In this document: piece after piece, positions 40,721 to 53,132 of the stretch | How positions within the stretch are numbered: the stretch's first letter is position 1 | How the letters are laid out: every line of letters starts with the position of its first letter | From: Marsupella aquatica | Taxonomy: Eukaryota > Plantae > Marchantiophyta | NCBI GenBank assembly: GCA_973895155.1 | Contig: OZ316896.1 | Location: 9,807,525-9,871,524 of the forward strand | Length of the DNA stretch: 64,000 nt | Direction of reading: 5' to 3' | Notes under the pieces: model-generated | Seen by the model: the letters and a program-made list of their open reading frames with translations, nothing else | The model's database searches: none | Told to the model about the DNA's origin: nothing | Made by a program: the position numbers and the translations under genes

Positions 40721-41231
40721 GTTTTAAACCCCAACCTTAGAGCCAAATGGAGGGATATAAAGAAACACTTGTATGCGCACGCTTTGAGCCTCGGTTCGGT
40801 TTGCGATACTCCGTACAATAATTTCTTAATATCACCTTAACAATTTAGTCCCCTTTGTTCATTAAGTAAAACATTTGCGGAGATAGAGGAATCCATGTAC
40901 GCATGCTTAGAGTTTCGGCTCGGTCTGTGATACTTTGCATGGATACCACGATTCGCCGAGAATGTTTTTACTTCTCAAACAAATGAGTGTTAAATTATAG
41001 ACACCAAATCACATATGTCAAAACAGGAATATAACAACTTTGAAAGAAAAGAACACTTTTGTGCGCATGCTTTGAGCGTCCGCTCGGTCTGCGATATTTC
41101 ACAACTGTTGTCTTTCTCTTTTATTGTTGTTATATTTAAAGGTAATTAAAATCATGTGTGCAATAAAAATACATAATGCATGGGATAAACAAACCGGGAA
41201 GAGATAATAACAATACGACTTGTAATTTTCA

Positions 41232-42516
41232 GGCTGGTTGTTGAAACCTTATTGGAAGGATTTTATTTAAATCCCGGTAAGATTTTGTTCCTCCCTCACA
41301 TATTCCTTTTGTGAAGGGAAAACATGGTCATCGGTAATTTTAGTTTAGAGTATAGACAAGTGTTGGAGACGATCACAAAACATGTGAATGAGGGATATGA
41401 GCCAAATCTTGTTGCTCTGGACGCATTGAAGAACGCTCGAAACACTCTCAAACATGCTAGGAATTCTAGCAAAGTGGCCAGGAAATGAAAACGAAAGGGG
41501 GCAAACGAAGAGGCAAAACAGGTTCGACACAATGTGGTAGTGTCGATATGGAAAAAGATACTTTATCGCTACACTTAACCGAAACAGTATGGGGTGGACG
41601 GGTTTGAGAGGGAGTTTACCAGACACGGACAGAAAGGATACAAGAACTTTCTTGGTGAGATAACCCGTTGTATGCGGGAAAGCGTACAGAAGGAGGACAA
41701 TTTCACATGAGAGCAAATGAAGTCATTTGAAGATGAAACTGAGAAACCGGGAGGATTTCTGGAAAATTTGGCTCTCAACTTGGAGAAGCATATTTGGGAT
41801 AATTTGGTAGCCAAAGTGGAGGAGGGTGACACTACATTGCTTGGAAACCCCGGGATGTACACACACAAGAGAGAATTGCTAGTGAAGTGGAGTAAAGAGT
41901 TGGCAATGGCGAAATCTGATAGCAATGTCAAATATGCTAACGAGATTGTGCACTTTGGGGATTTCAGCATCAAAAGTGCTCGAAAAGGAACACGTCCATC
42001 GCGTGTAGTTCCAGAGGTCAGGAGTATCCATTTTCTTAAACCTGAGCAGATGCACAACACACGTCGCATTGGGAAAGGAATCCAAGGAGAGGTATACACT
42101 TGTCGTATATTAGATTGTCCTCTCATTCCCGTCAACGTGACCTTAGTCGCAAAACGGTTCAAGGATGGAGACAAGCATAAGAGACAAACTGACGCATTAC
42201 AAGAAGTGCTTATGGGAGGACTGAATCATAAGGGAATCATTGGAGCTCTTGCGTTGACTATTGAGGATCCGCCAAAACTTATTTACGATCACTACAATGG
42301 AGGTGATTTGGGTAGCTTTATTGATAAGTGCGGCATATCGTCAAAGAGCAAAGGTAAAACACAGATCACGACGGACCTTGATTTCAAGTTCATTTCGGAG
42401 AAGAAACTCTTGTTGGAGAACCATCTGGGAATCGCCTTGGCTTTGCTGGAGACACTGCAATACTTGCATGAGCATGATCGATTTCATTGTGATCTTCACT
42501 TTTGGAAACATCTTTC
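41232..42516 (+). pseudogene. Protein kinase pseudogene, 5' part (long N-terminal extension, subdomains I-VIb)
   Basis: IGKGIQGEVY Gly-loop, VAKRFK, DALQEV, HCDLH(F)GNIF with a +1 frameshift at about 42500. The frame continues upstream of 41717 through in-frame TAA/TAG/TGA stops. Cut by the gypsy insertion at 42517. Confidence 0.85.
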
Positions 42517-45500
42517 TGTCGCGCCGCTAACCTGGGCCTTAAATCCAGTTTAGTGCCATGGTGCGACCTCGACCACCAGTAAGGGTGAGGGTTCGGGCAA
42601 GGAGGTGTGCAGTGACCTCAATTAGCCCTAAGTCGGGCTAAGTCGATATACTTACCGGTATAACACTTGAATAATTCGTACTAGTCATAGGTATATTTGT
42701 TTTCCACTGCTGGAATATTCCCTCACTTAGTGACTCGGACTAACTCCCGGCTTGGGGCCTTTCAAGCCATCGACACGACAGGACCTTGTGACATACAATG
42801 AGGGGCAATCCCTACCATTAGTCCACACCCGGTACGTCCCTTAAAATGGCGCCTTTACCCAGACAAAGCATACACACAACACCAGTTACTTGCAGAAACA
42901 TTAGGGGGAAAAGACTACATTTACTCAGCGAAGCATCAGTTTACATGGTTGACTCGACTTCAAAGGGGGTTAGCAGGCCCAACGGCAGTCGATGCCCAGT
43001 CTCTACGAGGCCCTGCCTCACACTTGCCCAACAAGCTCGACTCTGGCTCTCACTCCTTGGTGCACTCTGACCCTGCTCAGGCCGGGACTCTCCGTGCCTC
43101 ACCTTCCCATTGCTGAGATAACTAAGCCTTCTCCCATTCCTTAGCGGAAGGGGAAGCCTAAATACTACAATCGCGGAGGAGAGCCGGAGGATACTGCCTT
43201 CTGGGATACTACCTACTGACTAACTACCTACTGACTACTGGCCGCGCCGTACTGACTGGATGACCGTCGACGACAAGGTGCTGACCGGGATGGCACCGGC
43301 CAATCCTACTGACAAATTCTAGTCCGTTGATGGACTCTATCCTACGTTGGCTGATCCTAACTCATCTGGCCCTAATTCTTCTTACTGCCGCTAATCGGCG
43401 CCTAATGACAGTCATTCTGTCGTTATGCCTAACCAAAAGATGCCGCTGACTTAACTTCCTCGCGCGGCGCCTGCTTCCACCCTTCGCTAACTACCCCTTA
43501 CGTGTGTGCAGTGGTTGGACTAGGGCTGGTCCCCTTGTCGGGACGAGACCTCGAGCCGCCTTGATCAGAGGTGGGCCCAGGTTTTCCCCGCTGGAGGATG
43601 AGCAGGGTAATGCGGTCCTGCAAAGCCTTGTTGTCCCGTACTGCTTCCTCCGCCTCGTTTGCAGCTTCATCGGCCTCGGTCTGGAGCCGCGCTACCTCCA
43701 AGTTGAGCTGGTCGATGGCGTCACGATGGACCTGGTCCTGCGCTAGCAATTTATCTCGTTCGGCGGAGAGACTAGCCACCTGCTGTGTTGCCTGCAGGAA
43801 TTGTTTGTTGAGGTCGGTCAGGCTAGTAACCCGAGCCGAAGATTCCGAGCGTAATTGAAGCATGGTGTTATCCAGCTTCTTGAGTTCGACCTGCGCTCCG
43901 CTTAACTCCTGGTTTAGTCCGTCCCTCTGTTCGACGGTGCGGACTAACTCCTCGTGTCGGGTTGTTGCCTCCTCCTCGAGGTGCTCTACCAACATCTGGA
44001 GGCGCCCGATCTCATTCCCCTTCGCCATGAGTTCTTCTTCTAGGCGGCTTACGATCCGTGGTTGGTGCTCTAACATGAAGAAGGCTGGTTGAAAGTACGC
44101 CGAGACTTGTTGTCCGATGTACGTCGCCAGCTCCCCAGACATAGTCTGGCTAAACTTCTGGACCAGGTCGTAGGCCATGGTCCCCGGGGCTACTTGGTAG
44201 TCCTCCATCCTCTCGGGTACCGGTGGTTCCTCGGCAGGGGCAATGAGCTCCTCCGTAGTCAGCACTGGAGAGGGGAAGGTCTCTTCAGGTGGTGGAGGGA
44301 TTGGGGGTGGTTGTACTGCGGGTAGCGGAGGCTCGACGGAAGGGGGCGGTGGAATTTCCACAGGGGGCGGTGGCGGAGTATTAGTCGGGGCTTCCGGCTC
44401 GGGGTTTGCCCGAGGGACGGTAGTCCGTGTAGTCGGGGTTGCCTCCTCTGGGGCGGGGGTGACATTACCCGGGGCTGAGGTGGCCATATTCTTTCCTCTG
44501 GCCTCCCGCCATGCCTTGTATCAGGCGAGGATAATGCCGATATGACTTCCCAAGTAAGTCTTCCCCCCAATAGCCATACCACCCTGAGCCTGCTTCAGCT
44601 CCCCCGAGAATCTTCGGTAGAAGAATTGGGCCCAGTTTCATCGTTTGTACTGTTCCACCTGCACGATCGTGTAGAGGGAAATCTCGGATCGTGGCTCAAT
44701 CATGTGTAGGGTAGTCCGTATGAAGTTAAGCCGCTCCATACAGGTTAAGTTGGTGCACGCCCCCTGCTTGTATCCGTTGTCCGTCTTACCCTCGGGTTTG
44801 AAGTGCCGCGGCGTATACTCCTTATCCCGAATTCGGATTTCCACCGGCACCGGCCCGGTTGGTAGGCAGAAAATTTGCGTTAACCGATGCTCCGTGAGTG
44901 ATAAGGCCTGCCCCGAAACCTTGGAGGGCGACGCGTCAGTGTCGAAATTGGAGATGAACTCACAAATCTCCTTCGGCCCGGTGGCGCACGGCCTCCATAG
45001 CAAGTGGGCGAACCGCTCCAACTGATGCTCCTTGAGATAGTCCGCATGTTCGAGTTTCTTGATCGCGATCCAGACTACCTTGGGGATGCGGATTACCTAT
45101 AATAAGTTGGACTTCGGGTTATCCGGGGGCCGTCGGGTATGGTTGGTCGGGGGGTTTGCTGGGGCAGGTGCAGGCGCGGCGTCGTTCCATGTTGATTCGG
45201 GGGCCGTCGTAGTCCTTGGCCGCTTACGAGGACGCTATTTGAGTTCCAGACTAGCTCGCTCGGAACCCGAAGAACACTCTGTGTTGATTACTGGACGGAC
45301 TTGGGATTGGTTCGGCGGTACTCCGGTGGTCATCGGTTGAGGCACTAGGGTAGCCATATCCCAGTTGAAGGCGTTGGACCTTTCCCCAAGGAACGTGAGA
45401 TTACGCGCCGCTTCCCGTTGTCTGCTGATGTCTTCCTAGCGGCGCTTTTCGGTTGCGATCTGCTGGTCTAGGTACCCCGGAATCTTGTCGAACTCCGCTT

Positions 45501-46357
45501 GAGTAAGCCGCTGGTTGCCCTTCAGCTTAAGAACTTCGCTGGAACCTCAAGAATCGCCTCTGCTACCGATCTAAGCCCTTCCTCGCTGAGATATAGTTCG
45601 GTGATGTAGTCTCGCAGCTTGTTGTAGCTAGAATCCCTGGTGATGGCTGTCCTTTCGCAATTAACCAGTGCTACCTTGGTTACCAGCTTCACGTACCTTC
45701 GTTCGTAAGCGGCTTTCTCGGGGCAAGAGTACCAGTAAGTCTCGGAGAACTTAGCACCTACCTCGCCAAACAAGGTCCAAAATCCCAAGGCTGTGAGGGT
45801 CATATTAACCTCGTAGTCCGGTTTGTTGAGTCCGCGTTCCCACCCGGCTGGTCCTCTGTCTCGTGGAGGCCTCGCTCGTCTTGACTAAATCTTGCCACAT
45901 TCCGCTCTTCTCCCTCGATAATCTCCTTGTAAAGGTCGACTCGATTCGATCAGCAGGGCCAGTGGGTGGCAACGTCCGCAAATTCAAAGAAAGGTAGACA
46001 TGAGCAAATGGCCCGCAGCACCATCGGCTCCTCTCTTATGAAGGTGCCAGGATGAGCCCGAGCGTGAGAAGGCCAGGCCGTTTTGGTCATTGATAGCGAG
46101 CTGAAGTCGGCGCCTCGGTCCAAGCGTGATTCTTCTAACTGATTTTTACTCCGCTGCCGCCACCGTACCTCGGTCGCGCGTAATAATCCCCTTCCTTAAC
46201 TCGTAATGATTCGATCATCTTAACCTACTCCTAATCTAATCATAATGGCAACAGACGGCTATACATGCTATTCTACACTATGGCTACGGTCCTAATGACC
46301 GTATAAGTCCTAATCTATGACCTGGGTTTGGTCAAGTGACACGTTACCCGTGTCACA
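42517..46357 (-). repeat. 3' LTR of the gypsy element (3841 bp)
   Basis: Starts (minus strand) TGTGACACG right after the purine-rich AGTAGGGAGCTA; ends GCGCGACA; collinear with 53133-56438. Confidence 0.9.
43498..45803 (-). pseudogene. LTR-embedded accessory gene (about 770 codons): Athila ORF2/plant-transposon-protein-like domain, Pro-rich linker, coiled coil
   Basis: ORFs 45803-45522, 45021-44638 and 44487-43498 join into one frame across one 1-nt deletion and several TAG/TGA stops. Motifs PKEICEFISNF, NWAQFFYRRF..YLGSHI.IIL. Confidence 0.75.
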
Positions 46358-49300
46358 TAGCTCCCTACTTAAGTGTGAAGCGTCCTCGCGAACATCATTA
46401 CGCTCGTTGTCCTGGTGGAAGTACCTCTTCACACGATCGTAACTAACTCGATTGGGAAAGAGGTCGCCGACGTACGTTGATAGCTGTAAGGATCCGTTCG
46501 GGTACATCTGCTGGACAACGAAAGGTCCTAGCCAGCGTGTGTGTAACTTTCCTGGAAAGTACATGTACCTACTATCGTACAGAAGGACAAGATCTCCCGC
46601 GGTGATGTCCACCTGGCGCAGTCCCTTGTCGTGCTGTTTCTTCGTTGCTTCTTGCTTGGCAGTTACGCGTCGCGATGCCCACAATCTCTGTTCTTCTAGA
46701 CTGTCGATCTTATATGCTCGATTGGATGAACTAGCGGCCTCCGATAGTCTGTGGCGGATGTGCACCCGCGGGGTCTCGACCTCGAACTCCACGGGTACTA
46801 GTGCATGTTGTCCGAATACCAAGAAATACAGACTATGGTTTGTAGTAGTCTTAAATGCCAAGTTGTACGAATAGACCGCCGCGAAAAGCTTGTCGTCCCA
46901 GTCTATTTTGTGGGCTGCCACGGTTTTGTTGAGAATTTTCCCTACAATGCCATTAGCCCGCTCGGCTAGTCCGTTACATTTGGGATGATAAGGAGTAGTC
47001 TTCCTGTGCTTGACGAGGTAACGGTCAGTCAGTTTTTCCACCATTTCGTTCAAAAATTGAGTCCCGCGGTCGCTGACTAATTCCAAGGGAGGTCCAAAGC
47101 GGGTGAAGATCTGTTCGTACAGGAACTTGGCGGTGGTGGCCGCGTTATCTTTGACCATTGCCCGGGCCTCGACCCATTTAGTCGAGTAGTCGATAGCCAG
47201 AAGAATGTACCGGCACCGCCGACCTCGGGTTACCGGAGTGAAAGGTCCTATATAATCGATGCCCCATTTCTCAAATGGGGCAAGGGGAAAGATCGGGGTA
47301 AGAGGATGATTACCCGACCTGCGAGGTTTGCCGGCACGCTGACACAAGTCGCAACCTCGGATAAAATGGGCTACGTCATGATGGAGCGTAGGCCACCAAT
47401 AACCTGTGTCCAAGATTTTGTGAGCCGTGGTGACCGAGGCGAAGTGTCCTCCTGCCTCTTCCTCGTGCATAGCTCGCATGACAATGATCGTCTCGTTATA
47501 ATCTAGGCATCGGCGGATCTTCCCATCGACGCCTTCCTTATGCAGATGTCCGCGGATCATCATGTATGGTGCGGCCTTGCGCAGAAAGACCGACGCGGCC
47601 TCTTGGTTTATGTTACTTGGAATGCGGGCCGTTAAGAGGAAGGTGATTAGGTCCCCGTACCATGTTAGTTGGTCCGTTTCTACGCGGAATAACTCCTCAT
47701 CCGGGAATGCATCATCGACAGGTGCGTCGTCCGATTCCCCTTCAATCCTCGAGAAGAAGTCCGCATTTACGTGAGCTTTCCCTGGTCGCACCCTGACTTC
47801 ATAGTTAAATTCTTGGAGCAGCAGGACCCAACGGGCTATTCTCCCCGTTAAGTCTGCTTTGTTTACCATGTACTTCAGGCTGTCATGATCAGTATGGAAT
47901 ACCACCTTATACCCCAATAGATAATGGCAAAACTTTTTGCACGAGTAGATGATCCCCAAGGCCTCCCGATCTGTGGGCGAATAGTTTTTCTCTGCGGCAA
48001 ACAGTTGTCGGCTCGCAAAGTAAATGGGGTGGTCACATTTTTCGTCGTCCAGTTGGCTTAGGACTGAGCCGATGCAGAACCCAGACACGTCGACATATAC
48101 ATGGAACTCCTTGTTCCAATCGGGGGTAGTCAGGATTGGAGCCATAGTTAGCTGTTTTTTTAGTTCGTCAAAGGCTGATTTTCGATGGGGAGTCATTTCT
48201 ATGACCGCGTCTTGCTTCATCAATTCTGTGAGGGGTAGGGCTATCTTAGCAAAATCCTGAATGAATCGTCGGTAGTACCCCACGCAGCCTAAGAAGGATC
48301 GCACCGCCTTCTGGTCCGCTGGGTAAGGGACATTCATCCATGCGGCTACTTTCTCTTGGTCCACCTCGATCCCCCGTTTGGACACTCGGTGTCCTAGTAG
48401 CACTCCTTCCGTTACCCCGAAGAAGCATTTTCCCGGGTGTAATTTCAACCCTACCTGTCGGCATCGCTCCAAAGTCCGCCTCAGGTGTTCCGGGTGTTGG
48501 GCGATTGTTCCGAAGATGGCAAAATCATCTATGAACACCTCCAAAAATTCTCGTAAGAAGTCATGAAAAATATTCATAATGATTCGCTGGAACATAGCCG
48601 GAGCATTTCATAAGCCAAAGGGCATCCGCCGGAACGCGTAGGTTCCCCACTCAGTTATGAACGTGGTTTTGAGCTGGTCTGACAGTCTGATCCAAATCTG
48701 GTTATAACCCGAATATCCATCCAGGAACGTGTACACCTCATTCCGGGCTACCATGTCAAGGACCATATCCGTGTAAGGAAGCGGGTAATGGTCCTTCCGA
48801 GTAGCGTCGTTGAGCTTCCGATAGTCTTGGCATATTCAAATTTTGGGTTTACCATCAGGCCCTACCTTCTTAGGAACCACCACAATGGGGGATACCCATT
48901 CACTAGATAAGACGGGGTAGATTATGTCTGCCACGATCAGTTGATCTAACTCCTCCTTTACCAAGATAGAATGTCTTGGGTTTAGTCTTTGTTGTCGTTC
49001 TCGGACGGCATGAGCACCCAAGTTTAGATCAATGACGTGTTCGCCGTAGGCTGGTGAAATCCCGGTTAAGTCTCGGTGACTCCATGCGAAGACGTCCTCA
49101 TATTCCGATAGGAGTTCTTGGATGGCCTTTTCCTCTGGCGCTCATAGGCCATAACCGACGTTGAATGTTCTCTCCCTCCTTGTGGTGTAATTGCCATAGT
49201 GCTCCTTGCGGATTACATCCACATGGTCTCTCGTGGTCCGGTCAAGATGAGCCTCCAATTCCTCTAGTCTGGTGCCATTGTAGGCCATGGGTTCCCAGAC

Positions 49301-52300
49301 TCTCGGCCGCTCCCTTGGGAGCTCCTTGGGTTCCTCTATTACGGACGGAATCTCGGGGCTCCAGGTAACCTTTTTCTTTGTGGGAGGAGTGGCGGTCTGA
49401 GTAGCGTTTTCTTCGGGTAAACCGGGCAAGGCAAGCCAGCCAACTGCCTTCTTAGGGCTCACCGTTCCGGGGAATGCTCCGCCCGTTGCCGCATCATCTC
49501 CATGTGGCCTCTCGGGTGTTGCGATTTGGGCCGCTGGCTTGGGTTGGTTCAGAAAATGGGTTTCTCGGACAGCACTTACCCCGAAGACTTCCTCTTCATC
49601 CAGGCGAGAGATTAACTCCACCATATTCACCTCTTCTTCTGAGATGTCCTCCTCCGAGTCATATTTGTCGGGTCCCTGGGGCGTTTCGCCCTGGTAGTCT
49701 TCTTCCTTCCATGATACCGTCGTAGTCGGGTTACCGAATCATAATTCCTTCCTTCCCCAGTCAGTCACGACTCGGGCACCGTATAACCAGGGTCTGCCCA
49801 GCAGTACTGGATAAGAAGAGGGTCGGACTGGTCGCATCACTAGGTAATTTAGGAAAAACTCGAGGCCTCCAATCCCCGTGGATATCTTGGTTAACGTCCC
49901 TAGTGGCATGATCCTGGCGCCGTTTGCTAACCAAATGGCACGCGCCGTGGGTTGATAAGACGTATATCCCAACCTTACGGAAGTGTCTTCCGTCATGATG
50001 TTTACACCGGACCCGCCGTCTACCGGTACAAATCAAACAGTACAACCCGCTATCTTGATAGAGACTTCCGGCGCTCCTAAGTCCTGGTAAATCATCATGC
50101 AGTCGGCTAAGGTGCTTACCCGAGGTAGCCGTCGCCTCCTCTTTCCTATCAGCATCTCCTTGAGTTGTTGCCGATACTTCGGGTTATCCTGTAATAGTTG
50201 TCCGACAGTGGCCATAGCTGCACAGTTCTGAACATCCTTTTTGATGTCGTATTGGTTAGACGGTGGGGTCGCAAATTTTAATGCTTCTGCTCCCTTGACT
50301 TCAGCTTGCAAGGCAATCTCCGCTTCCTCGGCTTCTTCTGTTGCCTTTGCATCGGCAATATCCTTCTTAATGGCTTTTTCGTGCTCTTGGGCCTCGTAGG
50401 CTTCCAATTGCTTTTTGACCAGTTCCTCTACTCATGGGTAAAATAGCTTCGGGTTATCCCGCTGGTAGTCTTCTAGCTCGTCGGGTTCCATTGGAACATT
50501 CTTATCCGGGACCGCCTCTTTCTGCTGGGCATCCTTCCGAACTCGTTTTTTGTACTTGTCCTTCTTGCGGGATGACCGAGTAGAAACGCGGTAGCACTTG
50601 TCGTCCGCGTGTGTTCCTGTTTGCTCGATTGCTTCTATGAGGTCGATCCACTCGGTGGAGTCGTCCTGCCATTCCATTGTTACCATTTGTACTACTGCAT
50701 CCGTAATTGGTGAGGCCGCAGGTTGAGCAGCTCTAACGGTACCGGCCTTCGCGGCTAGCACCAAGGAGCAATGTGACGTGGAGTGTGCTTCGGTTCGACA
50801 GACCTGGCACAATGGAAGCGCTCTCCCATCCCCCTGCTTCCTTTGCTCCGTGCACTCTCGGGCAAAGTGACCAGGTTTCTCGCAATTATAGCAAACCGGG
50901 GTCCGCCAAACTCCGGGTTTAGGTGGGATACTTGGATTGCTGACCATCTGGGGGCCACGCTCATTCACCGGGTATGGATAAGGGGTATGGAACCCTGGAT
51001 TGTGGCCGCTTAGAGTGCGAGCTCCCGTCATACTCATCTGGAACACCGCCTCACCTGGATCCTCGAAGAAGTACTCCATCGTGCATGCCTCTAGCTCGGA
51101 CTGTCCGGGCTCCAACTCCATCTGGTGCACGCGAGTGTTCCATCTTGGACATTCTTGCACCACATGTCCCGACTGATAACACTTGGAGCACCAAGCATGC
51201 GCTCGGATTTCCGGTGGTTTCTTCTTGTCCGGAGGTTTTTCCGCCAAGTGCACCGACAGTGCCTTCAGCCAGTCTGTGATTTCGTTCAGCTTTTCTACCT
51301 CAGCAGCCTTTGGGTCCGTGGTGACGACTTTGGCTCGCGGTTTATGTTTACCCGTATCTGACCATGATCCCTTCTTTCTTCGGTGGTTTTGAGACTCTGA
51401 CTCGGTCTCGCTGGAGGATGAGCTAGTTGACATCGGGCTACTGGACAGGGAATCACTAGACTCTGAATCAGAGTCTGACGAAGAGCTGGTCCGGCCCTTC
51501 TTCTTATGTCGTCGTTTCTTCTTCCTTTTTTTCTCGTCGTATTCAGAGTCGGAGTCGCTGAAGGTATGATACCTCCTGCTCTTCTTATGCTTGGTCCTCC
51601 TATTAAGCTGAGAGGCGTAGTGCGATTCCTTGAAGGATTCGGCACTATCAATTGCTTGTTGTAGAGTGGTGGTCTTCTTTTCTAGCACTGAGAACGCCAT
51701 CCTCTGGGGTAGCGCGTTGACGAACCATTTCCTCAGTAGAGAGTCATCTGGCTTAGGCCGAATCTTGGCGGCAACCTTCTGGAACCGCTGCAGAAATTTG
51801 CGAAGTGAGTCATGCTTACCCATTTGCATTCATCCAATTTTTGACAGGGCCCGAGATTCGATCCCGCGGGCCGAAATTCTTGCAAGAACGCCGTTTGGAA
51901 CTGGCCCTATGTACAACCCAGGGGTTGTAAGTTATACCACGGGCACGCTTCTCCTCGTAGCACGCCTGGAAGAATGGTTAGCTTAATGGCTTCCTCACCA
52001 TTCGCCTTGGCCGTGGCCTCGAACTCAGCTATCCATTCATCAGGGTCGTCTGTGGGTCGTCCCTTAAAGGGTCGATAGTGAAACCGGGATCGTTGAGACA
52101 CGTTCTGAGCCGCAGGGGGCCGCAATGCACCTGGTACCTGCGGGGCTGGTGGAACCGGTGGAGTTCCTCCCGCCATTGGTGCTTGGGTACCCATCACAAC
52201 ACGCGATCCTGCTTGGGAAGCCGAGCTCCTCGCTTCGCCGGACGTGGTATTCTCTTCCAACCTTGATGCTCCGTTCAGTTGTTGTAAATACGCAGAACGT

Positions 52301-52317
52301 GACCGGGTAAGGGGCAT
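46310..52317 (-). pseudogene. Gypsy gag-pol (disrupted)
   Basis: Gag FKGRPTDDPDEWI; three CCHC knuckles (CSKC..GH..EC, CYNC..GH..EC, CQVC..AH..HC); protease VDGGSGVN; RT WVSPIVVVPKK, FLDGYSGYNQI, VFIDDF; RNase H; integrase HHCC, WGIDYIGP, SDRG, NGLAE; WLGPF. Several stops and frameshifts. Confidence 0.95.
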
Positions 52318-52396
52318 GCCCCTTCCTTCACATCGAGTACAAAATCAAAAGTTACTAGCTCACTACACGGCTCCACTCGTAAGGCAAAATGAGTGC

Positions 52397-52414
52397 CCCC
52401 TCCATCTAGCGCCA
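52397..52414 (-). promoter_or_regulatory. Primer-binding site, tRNA-Asn type (TGGCGCTAGATGGAGGGG)
   Basis: Complementary, with one mismatch, to the plant tRNA-Asn(GTT) 3' end as recalled (..CCCCTCCTTCTAGCGCCA); about 80 nt upstream of the gag ATG. Confidence 0.7.
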
Positions 52415-52421
52415 AAAAAAC

Positions 52422-53132
52422 TGGTCGCCGTCCCTGGGCCCTCACTCTTACTATATAAAGTGAACCCCCCTGAGAACAGACACCCCCCATGTACCCCTTC
52501 TTAATATTTTTGTTCACAAAAAAAATCCCCTTGTTAATGTAAAAATATTAACTTTTCCTATTAAATTTTATCCTTTTGTAAATTATAATATAGTTTTTCA
52601 AGGAATTGAAAACATCCTTGAATTTTTAAAATTGCAAATATCATACTGAAATAGATAAGACTTTATTTTGCATAGGGGACTTGTATGTTACGCCTTTGTT
52701 TAGGGTACATATTTTATATAGTTAAACAAAATTAGTACCAGAGAATTATAGTTCTTCCTGTAGTATACAAACAAGCATGGCTACACTATCCTCTCAGTGT
52801 TCCTAAAGCCCACGAAACCAAACTTGCCTTATGACGACAAATAATTAAATATCTGATTTACTATATGAACATGTGCGCAAGTAAAGTGATGACATGTGTG
52901 CCAACCATATAGTGACATGTGTACTTGGCATTTTGGGTACCCTTGCATAAGATTAATCTGACATGTATTTGATAAGAGCCTTATTACTAATATTGTGCTG
53001 AATATATATACAGGGATGTTGCCTACTTTAAAAACTATTATAAAAATTAGTTTGCATTACATTAAAAACACCCTTGCGATGTTCGCACGTCCTCCCTGTA
53101 TTAGTAACACTTAGGGCCCAGGGGTCGCCGTA
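52422..53132. mobile_element. AT-rich 0.7-kb segment between the 5' LTR and the PBS (second-family LTR, or MITE with 8-bp TSD)
   Basis: Inverted ends CCCTGGGCCCT (52432) / AGGGCCCAGGG (53123) flanked by direct GTCGCCGT; absent from the 3' LTR. Confidence 0.6.

Noticed and set aside
39783-40840. Gly-rich, Pro-rich and Glu/Arg-rich ORFs in several frames
   Set aside because: These are artefacts of stop-poor GGGTTC and GGA repeats.
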